Positions 1-7,081 of a stretch of 38,864 nucleotides of DNA are shown here, in pieces. Source of the stretch: Candidatus Shapirobacteria bacterium (lineage in GTDB: Bacteria > Patescibacteriota > Microgenomatia > UBA12405); NCBI GenBank assembly GCA_041661765.1, contig JBAZTV010000004.1, forward strand, positions 1 to 38,864. Direction: 5' to 3'. The translations under genes and the position numbers were made by a program. Positions within the stretch are counted from its first letter, which is position 1, and every line of letters begins with the position of its first letter. The notes under the pieces are model-generated. The model did no database searches. It was not told where the DNA came from and saw only the letters and a program-made list of their open reading frames with translations.

Positions 1-359
1 AAGTCTGGGATCAAGTCGTGGCTCAAGTCGGGGAGCAAGTCGGGGCTCAAGTCGGGGAGCAAGTCAGGAATCAAGTCTGGGATCAAGTCTGGGATCAAGT
101 CAGGGATCAAGTCAGGGATCAAGTCGGGGATCAAGTCGGGGAGCAAGTCGGGGAGCAAGTCGGGGCTCAAGTCAGGGCTCAAGTCAGGGCTCAAGTCAGG
201 GATCAAGTCAGGGCTCAAGTCTGGGATCAAGTCGGGGATCAAGTCTGGAATCAAGTCGGGGCTCAAGTCTTGGCTCAAGTCAGGGATCAAGTCAGGAATC
301 AAGTCGGGGATCAAGTCGGGGAGCAAGTCGGGGCTCAAGTCTGGGATCAAGTCGGGGAT
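1..359 (+). repeat. In-frame 12-bp tandem array, 30 units of CAAGTCnGGnnn (left part of the array that also ends the window)
   Basis: Direct reading: every unit starts with CAAGTC. Variation is confined to unit positions 7, 8, 10, 11 and 12. Confidence 0.97.
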
Positions 360-1211
360 CTGAAATATTATGAATTTTCAGATTATGGCAATTGTTCTGA
401 TTTTGGATGGTTATCTTTTTATGATTATTTTATGAACGAGTGTAATTTGATTCAAGATTATAGGGAAAAGTTAGATCTGATATCCTTGGCAGTTGATAGT
501 TCATTTATGTCTATACAGTTAGATGGGTTGTGTATTATAAGTAAGTATCCGTCATTCATGTCAAGAAATGCAAATAATTTACTTCACAATATTTCAGATT
601 TCGCCATTTCTTTTACCGATGGATATGGTCAACATTATTTTAATGGAATTTTTATAAAACCTGAATTATTCTGGAAATTAATAAACAAATCATACACGTT
701 TGAAGATTGGACAAAAGAAAAAAATGAAGAAATTAAATCCTTAGTCCTAGCATTTTATGAAGAAAAATTTGGCGGTGAATTTATTTTTAGGTTTTTATCA
801 GAATATTTGAAAGAAGTTGATTCATACATCGATAAAAAATCAGATGAATATTTAAAAAATACGACTAAAGGCATGAATATAGGAGTTTACACCCTTTTTA
901 AAGGAAATGTTAATTACATTCAAATAGCCTATGTGAGATGTTATTGTCCGTCTACTGACAGGATGTTCTTTTTAGGAGTTAATCCTAAAATCAATAACGC
1001 CAAAGATGCGATTGCTTCATTATGCCAAATACCAATTAAATTAAAAGATAATCTAATTTCAATATCAAGACAAGGCGAAATGTTTTCTTTTAATTTTGAC
1101 GAAGCTGGGACAAATTTATTAAAAGAAAATTCCTTAACTAAGGAAGATTTAAATAATGTCATTTCATTAACTGGAAATGAGTATTTTAGCAAAATTAAAT
1201 TTGAATATTAA
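1..1211 (+). CDS. 3' portion of the wrap-around repeat protein: 30 Q-V-x-x tetrapeptide units (nt 1-359, codon phase from nt 3) followed by a ~283-aa non-repetitive C-terminal domain; function unknown
   Basis: The frame is open from the first base. The track ORF 18..1211 only begins at an internal GTG. The CAA-GTC phase matches the ORF that leaves the window at 38864. Stop TAA at 1209-1211. Confidence 0.8.
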   Translation, partial: VWDQVVAQVGEQVGAQVGEQVRNQVWDQVWDQVRDQVRDQVGDQVGEQVGEQVGAQVRAQVRAQVRDQVRAQVWDQVGDQVWNQVGAQVLAQVRDQVRNQVGDQVGEQVGAQVWDQVGDLKYYEFSDYGNCSDFGWLSFYDYFMNECNLIQDYREKLDLISLAVDSSFMSIQLDGLCIISKYPSFMSRNANNLLHNISDFAISFTDGYGQHYFNGIFIKPELFWKLINKSYTFEDWTKEKNEEIKSLVLAFYEEKFGGEFIFRFLSEYLKEVDSYIDKKSDEYLKNTTKGMNIGVYTLFKGNVNYIQIAYVRCYCPSTDRMFFLGVNPKINNAKDAIASLCQIPIKLKDNLISISRQGEMFSFNFDEAGTNLLKENSLTKEDLNNVISLTGNEYFSKIKFEY

Positions 1212-1221
1212 TAAAAAAATT

Positions 1222-1455
1222 ATGGAAACAATTGAAAAAATTAATGTAGCTGTTAAGTCAACTGAAGGCCATTTTGTTGAAAAGGCTAAAAGAGTAGTTT
1301 GTTTGGATGAAGTTAAGGAAGCCTTTTTTGTTGATGGCAATGCTGAATTAACCACAAAGAATCATCAAACATTAAAACTAGAGAAAGATTGTTTAATCAT
1401 GCCTCAACAAGTTTATAATCCTTATTTGAAATCATTAGAAAGAAGCAAAGATTGA
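1222..1455 (+). CDS. hypothetical protein (77 aa from ATG 1222)
   Basis: ATG lies 11 nt after the upstream stop. The track start at 1177 overlaps the previous gene. A hairpin terminator follows. Confidence 0.6.
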   Translation: METIEKINVAVKSTEGHFVEKAKRVVCLDEVKEAFFVDGNAELTTKNHQTLKLEKDCLIMPQQVYNPYLKSLERSKD

Positions 1456-1478
1456 TTTATTATTATTTATTTTTCAGT

Positions 1479-1536
1479 GCCTATTGCAAAATTTACGGGG
1501 GTTTATGATGCAATAGGCTACTTTCATTTATTTTTT
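1479..1536 (+). terminator. Rho-independent-type terminator
   Basis: Perfect 10-bp inverted repeat GCCTATTGCA (1479-1488) / TGCAATAGGC (1509-1518) followed by a T-rich tract ending in TTTTTT (1531-1536). The 20-nt loop is long for an intrinsic terminator. Confidence 0.5.
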
Positions 1537-1537
1537 G

Positions 1538-1545
1538 TAAATTTG
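1538..1545 (+). promoter_or_regulatory. Bacteroidota-type -7 promoter box TAAATTTG (packaging operon)
   Basis: Matches TAnnTTTG. It sits just after a terminator and 23 nt upstream of ATG 1568. Confidence 0.5.
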
Positions 1546-1567
1546 TGTAAATTAATTGATTATTTCG

Positions 1568-1741
1568 ATGGAAAATGAAGATTATTTCAACAAAATATTA
1601 ACAGAAAATAAACCAAAAAGCAATATCGAAATGCTCAGACTTGTTTTAGATTTTAGTCATTCACCAGGCATTAATCAATTTGATATAAACAAATTCATTA
1701 CTAAACTTATTGAAAATGAACAAGAAAGACAAGAAAGTTAA
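1568..1741 (+). CDS. hypothetical protein (57 aa)
   Basis: ATG 1568 is in frame with track ORF 1556..1741. It is the first gene after the promoter box and overlaps the terS start. Confidence 0.5.
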   Translation: MENEDYFNKILTENKPKSNIEMLRLVLDFSHSPGINQFDINKFITKLIENEQERQES

Positions 1742-2267
1742 ATTGTCAGATAAGCAAAAGGCCTTTTGTCATTATTATATCATTGATTGGAACGCTACAA
1801 AGGCGGCAATTTTGGCCGGATATAGTCATAATTGTGCTCAACAAATAGGTTCAGAAAACTTGTTAAAACCTGTTATTCAGGCGTATATAGAAGAAATTCA
1901 AAAAGATATAGCCAAAGAAGCGGGTATATCCTTTCTTTCTCAAGTGATGGAATTAAAGAAAGTTGCTTACACAAATATTTCGGACATGTTTAAAGATTGG
2001 GTTTCATTAGAAGATTTCAATAGTCTTTCAAAAGAACAAAAGTCTGCGATATTGGAAATTAGCTATAAAAAAGATAAAATTAAAGATACTGAAATTGAAA
2101 CTGAATTTGTAAAATTAAAATTACATGATAAAATTAGAGCCATTCAAGAAATTAATAAGATGTTGGGATACTCGGTTGAAAATATTGATTTGACAAGTAA
2201 AGGGGAAAAGATTTCGACTGAAACGACTGTGAAATTTATCAATGCCCGAAAGAAAGGTTCTGAATAA
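1716..2267 (+). CDS. terS: terminase small subunit (Terminase_2 / PF03592-like)
   Basis: KLSDKQKAFCHYYIIDWNATKAAILAGYSHNCAQQIGSENLLKPVIQAYIEE matches the family's 'LT.kQ..F...Y....Na..Aa..AGYS...A...gs.lL..p.v...I' signature. It lies directly upstream of terL with a TAATG overlap. Confidence 0.85.
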   Translation: MNKKDKKVKLSDKQKAFCHYYIIDWNATKAAILAGYSHNCAQQIGSENLLKPVIQAYIEEIQKDIAKEAGISFLSQVMELKKVAYTNISDMFKDWVSLEDFNSLSKEQKSAILEISYKKDKIKDTEIETEFVKLKLHDKIRAIQEINKMLGYSVENIDLTSKGEKISTETTVKFINARKKGSE

Positions 2268-3637
2268 TGGAATTTACCCCGCTTGATGTATACGAACCAT
2301 TATATTTTACTCCTGATTCAGTCAGGTATATTTCAGCTTGTGGAGGCAGGGGTGGAGGGAGATCTCATAATTGTAGTGAATATTTTATTTTTAAAATTAC
2401 TAGACCACAATACTTCAGGGGATTAATTGCCAGGGCCGTATTTTCTGACTTAAAATTAACAACTTGGTTAGAATTTTGTGATAGGATATTTGATAATGAA
2501 AGCCTTAATCAAGCTGATTTCCATATCAATAATACTGAAAAGATAATCACTTACAAGCCAACTGGCAATACAATTACAGGAATAGGCTTTCGGAAATCTT
2601 CAAGTCAAAGAAAAGCCAGCTTAAAAGGATTTGCAAATGTTACAGATGTGCTAATCGAAGAAGCTCAGGAATTAAATGAAGCTGAATTAAACCAGCTTGA
2701 TGACTCTTTGCGGACAATAAAAGCTCCAATCAAGATAATATTTGCCTACAATATGCCTGAAAAGACTCATATTCTAATGAAAAGATTCTTTGATTTAGAG
2801 CCTGTGGAACTTGAAGATGGAAACGGTATAATTCATGAAGGTTTTATGAAAGCTATTCCCAAACCTTCCAGACCAGACCATATTATGATATTTTCATCAT
2901 ACCTTGAAAACTATAAACATCTTGATATACACACTATTGCCAATTATGAACGCTATTTTTATGATAATCCAGAGCATTATTTTAGTGAAATTTTGGGCTA
3001 TGTTTCGGGAGGTGCAAAAGGTGTAATTTTCAAATATAATATCAATTGGTTTGAATATTCAGAACTTCCAGACATCGATCTATATGAAACTTACGGTCTG
3101 GATTTCGGAGGCGGCGGCGTTAATGAAAAGCGCAAATGCTATCCAGAATTAATGGTGTTCGATGAACCTGATGGAAGTTCCACAACTGTATTGGTTAGGC
3201 TGTTAATAAACAAAGCTTCAATGAGTTGCTATGTTAAATTATTGCTTTACAAGGCTTATATCTCACCTGATGATCTTTCAAAAGTTTGTAAAGAATATTG
3301 TACAGAAAGCGACGGAAAGTATATAAAAAAGAAAAACATTTTAGCGGACAATGCCAGGGCGGACAAGATTAGGGATTTGCTTAATGATGGACTTTCTGTT
3401 ATTGGTGCTAAAACCAAGGAAGGCTCATCAAACAAAGTAACATCAGGCATTGATATAATTAAAAAATACAAAATATTCATTCACAAAGATGATATTCCTG
3501 CAATAGTTGAGGCCAATAATTTTCGTTGGGATGTTACCGCAAGTGGTGAATTAACTGGCAATGTTGCAGATAAATTTAAAGATTTTTGGGACGCTGTTCG
3601 TTATGCTTTGGTAAATTATGAATTGTATTCATGGTAA
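2267..3637 (+). CDS. terL: terminase large subunit
   Basis: 456 aa, translationally coupled to terS. It has the N-terminal Walker-A-like ACGGRGGGRSH and Walker-B-like VLIEEAQE. Size and position are typical of PBSX/Terminase_3-like TerL. Confidence 0.8.
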   Translation: MEFTPLDVYEPLYFTPDSVRYISACGGRGGGRSHNCSEYFIFKITRPQYFRGLIARAVFSDLKLTTWLEFCDRIFDNESLNQADFHINNTEKIITYKPTGNTITGIGFRKSSSQRKASLKGFANVTDVLIEEAQELNEAELNQLDDSLRTIKAPIKIIFAYNMPEKTHILMKRFFDLEPVELEDGNGIIHEGFMKAIPKPSRPDHIMIFSSYLENYKHLDIHTIANYERYFYDNPEHYFSEILGYVSGGAKGVIFKYNINWFEYSELPDIDLYETYGLDFGGGGVNEKRKCYPELMVFDEPDGSSTTVLVRLLINKASMSCYVKLLLYKAYISPDDLSKVCKEYCTESDGKYIKKKNILADNARADKIRDLLNDGLSVIGAKTKEGSSNKVTSGIDIIKKYKIFIHKDDIPAIVEANNFRWDVTASGELTGNVADKFKDFWDAVRYALVNYELYSW

Positions 3638-3645
3638 ATTATTTA

Positions 3646-3653
3646 TATATTTG
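3646..3653 (+). promoter_or_regulatory. TATATTTG -7 promoter box
   Basis: Matches TAnnTTTG and lies 9 nt after the terL stop, upstream of the T5orf172 gene. Confidence 0.5.
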
Positions 3654-3662
3654 CAAAGCTTT

Positions 3663-3745
3663 GGATCAGGAGCTTAAAGAAATTGGTGTAAAAACCAAAA
3701 GAAGCCTGTTTAATTGAAGTCTGATCCCTTCGGTTATTCAGGCTT
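3663..3745 (+). promoter_or_regulatory. Structured 5' leader with mutually exclusive stems
   Basis: Three nested stems: GGATCAG 3663-3669 / CTGATCC 3721-3727, enclosing GCTT 3672-3675 / AAGC 3702-3705 and TTGGT 3683-3687 / ACCAA 3694-3698. The alternative stem AAGCCTG 3702-3708 / CAGGCTT 3739-3745 competes with these. Confidence 0.4.
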
Positions 3746-3765
3746 TGTTATTAAATACTGAAATT

Positions 3766-4329
3766 ATGGATATAAAGAAGTTTGAAAGTAAGCCTTTAGA
3801 TTGGTATTTAAATCATGATATTAAGGATTTAAATAGTAATAGAAGATTGATTGTGAAAGAAATGAGAGTAATTATTTTAAAGAAAAATATTGATTCCAAA
3901 AATGGTTTATCATATACAGATTCAATTAAAAAATGTTATAATCATCTATATGACAAAGGGTATAAAAAAGAATTTTGTGATATGATTATCTATAAAATAT
4001 ATCCTATTTTTGATTTTAAAGATATTTTAGAATATATTTCTAAAAGTAAAAATACTAAAAAACAAAATGAATTTAAAACATATCTTTTTAAAGATTCTAA
4101 AGGAAGATTTAAGATTGGAAGGTCTAAAAATCCATACAATAGACATACCTATTTGGAGCGAATAAATTTAGGGTTAAAAATAATTTTCATATTCGATATT
4201 GATATTGAAAATAAATTACATACTGAATATAGTAAAAAACTTATTTCTAATGAATGGTTTAATTTAACATCAAAAGATTTGGCAAAAATATATTCAGATT
4301 ATAATGAATATGAGATATATTTGAAATAA
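3766..4329 (+). CDS. T5orf172 (PF10544, GIY-YIG superfamily) domain protein, possible free-standing mobile endonuclease
   Basis: The C-terminal segment TYLFKDSKGRFKIGRSKNPYNRHTYLE...ENKLHTEYSKKLISNEWFNLT follows the T5orf172 pattern (KIG.t...R...L ... E..lH..f......EWF). It has its own promoter and leader. Confidence 0.6.
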   Translation: MDIKKFESKPLDWYLNHDIKDLNSNRRLIVKEMRVIILKKNIDSKNGLSYTDSIKKCYNHLYDKGYKKEFCDMIIYKIYPIFDFKDILEYISKSKNTKKQNEFKTYLFKDSKGRFKIGRSKNPYNRHTYLERINLGLKIIFIFDIDIENKLHTEYSKKLISNEWFNLTSKDLAKIYSDYNEYEIYLK

Positions 4330-4356
4330 CCAAAACGATTTATATAAAAGATAATT

Positions 4357-4944
4357 ATGAACGTAGAAATAAATAATAAAAACTACAGGATAAAACCAGC
4401 TAGTGAGCTAACTGTAAATGAATATATAAAATTCTTTTCAATCATATCAGTTGAGCCAAAAGAGAAAGAAGTAATTATTTGTTATCTGGCTGCAATTACT
4501 GGCTTGGATTTCAAGGAAATCAATTCAGTTTCAATGGATAGTCATTCCTTGAGACGGTTATCAGTTTATATTGGCCCTATTCATTGGATTGACAAAATAG
4601 AGAACTGCCATTACTTCTACTATCGAAAAACAGCAAAAAGAATCTATAAAGAAAATCTTAATTGGAGGACTTTAGGAGTAAGGCGAATGATTGAAGATAG
4701 ACAGGCTTCAAATCAATTAGAATTAGCTGTATATCTGTTAGCTATTTACATCGATGGAAAGTATGATCAGGAATCAATAGAAGAAATATATACAGACTTA
4801 CTGAGTTACAATGCCATTTCTGTTTATTCATTCGTTATTTTTTTTTTCAAAAACTTAATGAATGGCAAGGTATCCGTTCTAAGCTCTATAAGGCTGCAAG
4901 TGATAAGAGCACTAATAAATATACGGACAAAATTAAAGAGATAA
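4357..4944 (+). CDS. hypothetical virion-module protein, zero-frame product (195 aa); possible tail-assembly-chaperone-like G form
   Basis: Long ORF. The N-terminus MNVEINNKNYRIKPASELTVNEYIKFF loosely resembles the chaperone-type 'I.inGkeY.l......l...e...f' start. It contains the slippery heptamer at 4842-4848. Confidence 0.7.
   Translation: MNVEINNKNYRIKPASELTVNEYIKFFSIISVEPKEKEVIICYLAAITGLDFKEINSVSMDSHSLRRLSVYIGPIHWIDKIENCHYFYYRKTAKRIYKENLNWRTLGVRRMIEDRQASNQLELAVYLLAIYIDGKYDQESIEEIYTDLLSYNAISVYSFVIFFFKNLMNGKVSVLSSIRLQVIRALINIRTKLKR
4842..4848 (+). promoter_or_regulatory. Candidate -1 programmed ribosomal frameshift site U_UUU_UUC (within a T10 run, 4838-4847)
   Basis: The zero-frame codons TTT (4843-4845) and TTC (4846-4848) are preceded by T4842, which fits X_XXY_YYZ. 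The -1 frame is open from 4767 to 5129. Confidence 0.4.
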
Positions 4945-5132
4945 CTGGGACTAGGTTAGACATGTATGGAGCCATTGGAGACATAGAACACGTACTGGAT
5001 AAGGGATACGCAAATAATATCAATGATGCTTTGAATATTGATGATGTTTACTTAACTTTGTCCCAATGCTCTGAAATTGAAAAACAGGATATTGATAGAA
5101 AAATCAATGATGCAATTAGTAAAATGCCATAA
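4848..5132 (+). CDS. -1 frame extension of the 4357 gene (fusion product 258 aa), or alternatively an independent 56-aa ORF from ATG 4962
   Basis: The -1 frame reads QKLNEWQGIRSKLYKAASDKSTNKYTDKIKEITGTRLDMYGAIGDIEHVLDKGY...AISKMP. Its stop TAA at 5130-5132 abuts the next ATG (5133). This closes a ~190-nt gap that is otherwise unannotated. Confidence 0.45.
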   Translation, partial: QKLNEWQGIRSKLYKAASDKSTNKYTDKIKEITGTRLDMYGAIGDIEHVLDKGYANNINDALNIDDVYLTLSQCSEIEKQDIDRKINDAISKMP

Positions 5133-5615
5133 ATGAACCTAATAACGATAATCCAATCAGCATTAACAGCACTGAATAACACATCAGAGCTTTTTTTATT
5201 GGAGCGTGCCAGAGCCGAAAATGAAGAACTGAACCACGAAAAAGATGTAATTGTTATTTTTCCTGATTGGCGTACTTCAACAATATTAACCCAGGGCATG
5301 GAACTTTCAAAGGCCAGGGTTTACAATATCGATTTCAAAACACCTGACGAATGGGATAATTCAGATGGGAGCTTACCGACATCATACGAAAGCAAAACCA
5401 GTGCCGATAGGATAGAATTAATGGAAACTTTGGCAGATTCAATATTTTCATACATTAGCAGCCGAAATGATTTATTTCCTGAGATAAAATCAAAGCTGCA
5501 ATGGAAAACATTAAACCCTATTCTTAGGGCTAATAATGGCACAATGTCAGGCGTTTCTATTCAATTGACAGTAGTATTTGCAGGTGAAAAGATTTGTGAT
5601 TATGAGCAAAATTGA
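5133..5615 (+). CDS. hypothetical virion-module protein (160 aa)
   Basis: The ATG abuts the upstream TAA. Long ORF in a co-directional block. Confidence 0.75.
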   Translation: MNLITIIQSALTALNNTSELFLLERARAENEELNHEKDVIVIFPDWRTSTILTQGMELSKARVYNIDFKTPDEWDNSDGSLPTSYESKTSADRIELMETLADSIFSYISSRNDLFPEIKSKLQWKTLNPILRANNGTMSGVSIQLTVVFAGEKICDYEQN

Positions 5616-5865
5616 TATACTTATAGGTAGGCTTGCAACTCGAAGCAACTGCACCGGGAAAGCAGTTATTTCGCTTAATCTTGGAGGTGAAGAAAGGTTA
5701 AAGAATGAAATTTATAATCTGATTGATATTAATGATATATTTAAAATATTTTTTGATTATGCAGAAACTAATACATTGTTTAACAAGGATGTTATATGTA
5801 TAAATATTAACATGTTAGATTTACCTGAAATTGCAACAAAAATAACAGAACTATTGAAAAAATAA
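5602..5865 (+). CDS. hypothetical protein (87 aa from ATG 5602)
   Basis: In frame with track ORF 5578..5865, whose start is TTG. The ATG overlaps the upstream gene end by 14 nt. Confidence 0.65.
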   Translation: MSKIDILIGRLATRSNCTGKAVISLNLGGEERLKNEIYNLIDINDIFKIFFDYAETNTLFNKDVICININMLDLPEIATKITELLKK

Positions 5866-5880
5866 ATAAAAATCAATAAT

Positions 5881-6063
5881 ATGGAAAATCAAGATGAAAA
5901 AAGAGTAAAAGAAAAAACATTCATGATAACTCCTTATAGAAAGGATAGAATGACATGTAGTGCACCATCAATGGCTATTTGGTCTAAATCCTATGCAAGT
6001 GCATTAGTTGAGGCTAGAAAAATAAGCCGACTTTCTGATTTTGATAATTGGATATTTATTTGA
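5881..6063 (+). CDS. hypothetical protein (60 aa)
   Basis: ORF with an ATG start, packed between neighbouring genes. Confidence 0.5.
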   Translation: MENQDEKRVKEKTFMITPYRKDRMTCSAPSMAIWSKSYASALVEARKISRLSDFDNWIFI

Positions 6064-6064
6064 T

Positions 6065-7075
6065 ATGACTTGCACATCTGAAATCATTGGAATCAAAAGC
6101 CTTACATTGGTTAAAAATATCGGTGTAAGGCTTGTTTGTCCCAATATTTCAATGGAAAATGAAGTCGATTTGATTGCTAATGGCTCAAATTCCTATACAT
6201 TTAGTGATGGAATTTCACTTTTAAAATGGGAGCGTACATTAGATTATTCGAAAAATTACAAACAAAATTTCTTTGATGAATTTACATTCCAGATTTCAGG
6301 AATCGAAAATGAAATACCTGAAGTAATCAAAGAAATTCGCAATAATAGATTAGGTTATATTGCCATTATAACCACAACGGGTGGATTAAAACACGTATTT
6401 CAAAGTCCTGTATTCCTGAATAAAGAAAACACAAAACAAATCAACTCCCATACCTGGACAATTTCACTTTCTTATAACACACCTTCACAACTTGATAAAT
6501 TAACATTACTAAATGAACAGTATGTTTATAATCCTGTTAATATCTCAAATAATATAGAGATAATAGGCATTAAGTCAATAGCACTTTACATAAACGACAA
6601 TGTAAGCATTTCCAGACCGGACCCATCGAAAGAAAATGAAGTGGATATAATCGTACATGGGCAAGGTTCTTATGTAATTTCAGATATAAACGAATATCCT
6701 AAATGGGAAAGGGTTTTAATTAACTCAGAAAACTTTACTCAAAAATTTATAGATGTTTTTTCATTCAATTTACATGGAATCGAAAACCAGATTCCACAAG
6801 CTTTGCAGGATATTAGGAATAATCGACTTGGTTATATAGTTGAAATCATTACAACAGGCGGCAAGTCTTTTGTTTTCCCAACTCCAGTTTTTCTTGATTC
6901 TGAAAATACAAAACCTGTAAATTCGCACAGTTGGAATGTATCTTTGTCTTATAGAGTGGCAACATTTAATGATAAATTATTGAAATTAAACACTTTGCTC
7001 ATGAATAATAGTTATATAATTGTTGGCGATAATGAAATATTAGGCTATGGTGATGGTGCAATAGTCTCAAATTAA
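6065..7075 (+). CDS. virion protein built from two tandem homologous ~155-aa modules
   Basis: ATG 6065 lies 1 nt after the upstream TGA. Module 1 (~6080-6540) and module 2 (~6557-7020) align colinearly with an offset of 159 aa. Shared blocks include EIIGIKS, ENEVD, KWER, GIEN.IP, IRNNRLGYI, TTGG, VF..PVFL..ENTK..NSH.W..SLSY. Confidence 0.8.
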   Translation: MTCTSEIIGIKSLTLVKNIGVRLVCPNISMENEVDLIANGSNSYTFSDGISLLKWERTLDYSKNYKQNFFDEFTFQISGIENEIPEVIKEIRNNRLGYIAIITTTGGLKHVFQSPVFLNKENTKQINSHTWTISLSYNTPSQLDKLTLLNEQYVYNPVNISNNIEIIGIKSIALYINDNVSISRPDPSKENEVDIIVHGQGSYVISDINEYPKWERVLINSENFTQKFIDVFSFNLHGIENQIPQALQDIRNNRLGYIVEIITTGGKSFVFPTPVFLDSENTKPVNSHSWNVSLSYRVATFNDKLLKLNTLLMNNSYIIVGDNEILGYGDGAIVSN

Positions 7076-7081
7076 AGAATT

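Noticed and set aside
18-20. Track start codons at non-ATG or far-upstream positions (18, 1177, 1556, 1710, 3745, 5578, 6041, 10944, 24546, 29301, 30785, 33705, 35773, 19915-)
   Set aside because: In each case an in-frame ATG further downstream removes overlap with the upstream gene, terminator or hairpin. Position 18 is internal to a gene that is open from nt 1. The exception kept open is GTG 29301 (and 26812), which is conserved within the repeated hairpin element.
1-359. CRISPR array or DGR variable region as an explanation for the 12-bp repeats
   Set aside because: There are no spacers; the units are contiguous and in frame, and there are no cas genes. For a DGR there is no reverse transcriptase and no template/variable repeat pair, and variation is not restricted to adenine-templated positions.
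941-1355. Antisense or nested track ORFs inside longer genes. Examples: 941..1192(-), 1167..1355(-), 3256..3480(-), 5048..5299(-), 5321..5542(-), 7651..7851(-), 9164..9373(+), 11843..12079(-), 15493..15678(-), 16264..16446(-), 17317..18684(-) set, 18906..19088(+), 20999..21193(-), 21369..21899(-), 23865..24378(-) set, 25621..25929(-), 27530..27742(-), 28492..28945(-), 29603..29839(-), 30206..30397(-), 30769..31182(-), 31113..31430(+), 31910..32128(-), 33821..34036(-), 34346..35038(-) set, 36060..36395(-).
   Set aside because: All lie within or opposite longer, motif-supported or tightly packed plus-strand genes. Their compositions are typical of shadow ORFs (Leu/Ser/Phe/Ile-rich) and they have no promoter or coupling signals.
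3654-3745. Possible tRNA or other small RNA gene in the terL-T5orf172 spacer
   Set aside because: The stems do not give a cloverleaf, and there is no T-loop GTTCRANNC or anticodon-arm geometry. It is better interpreted as a structured 5' leader.
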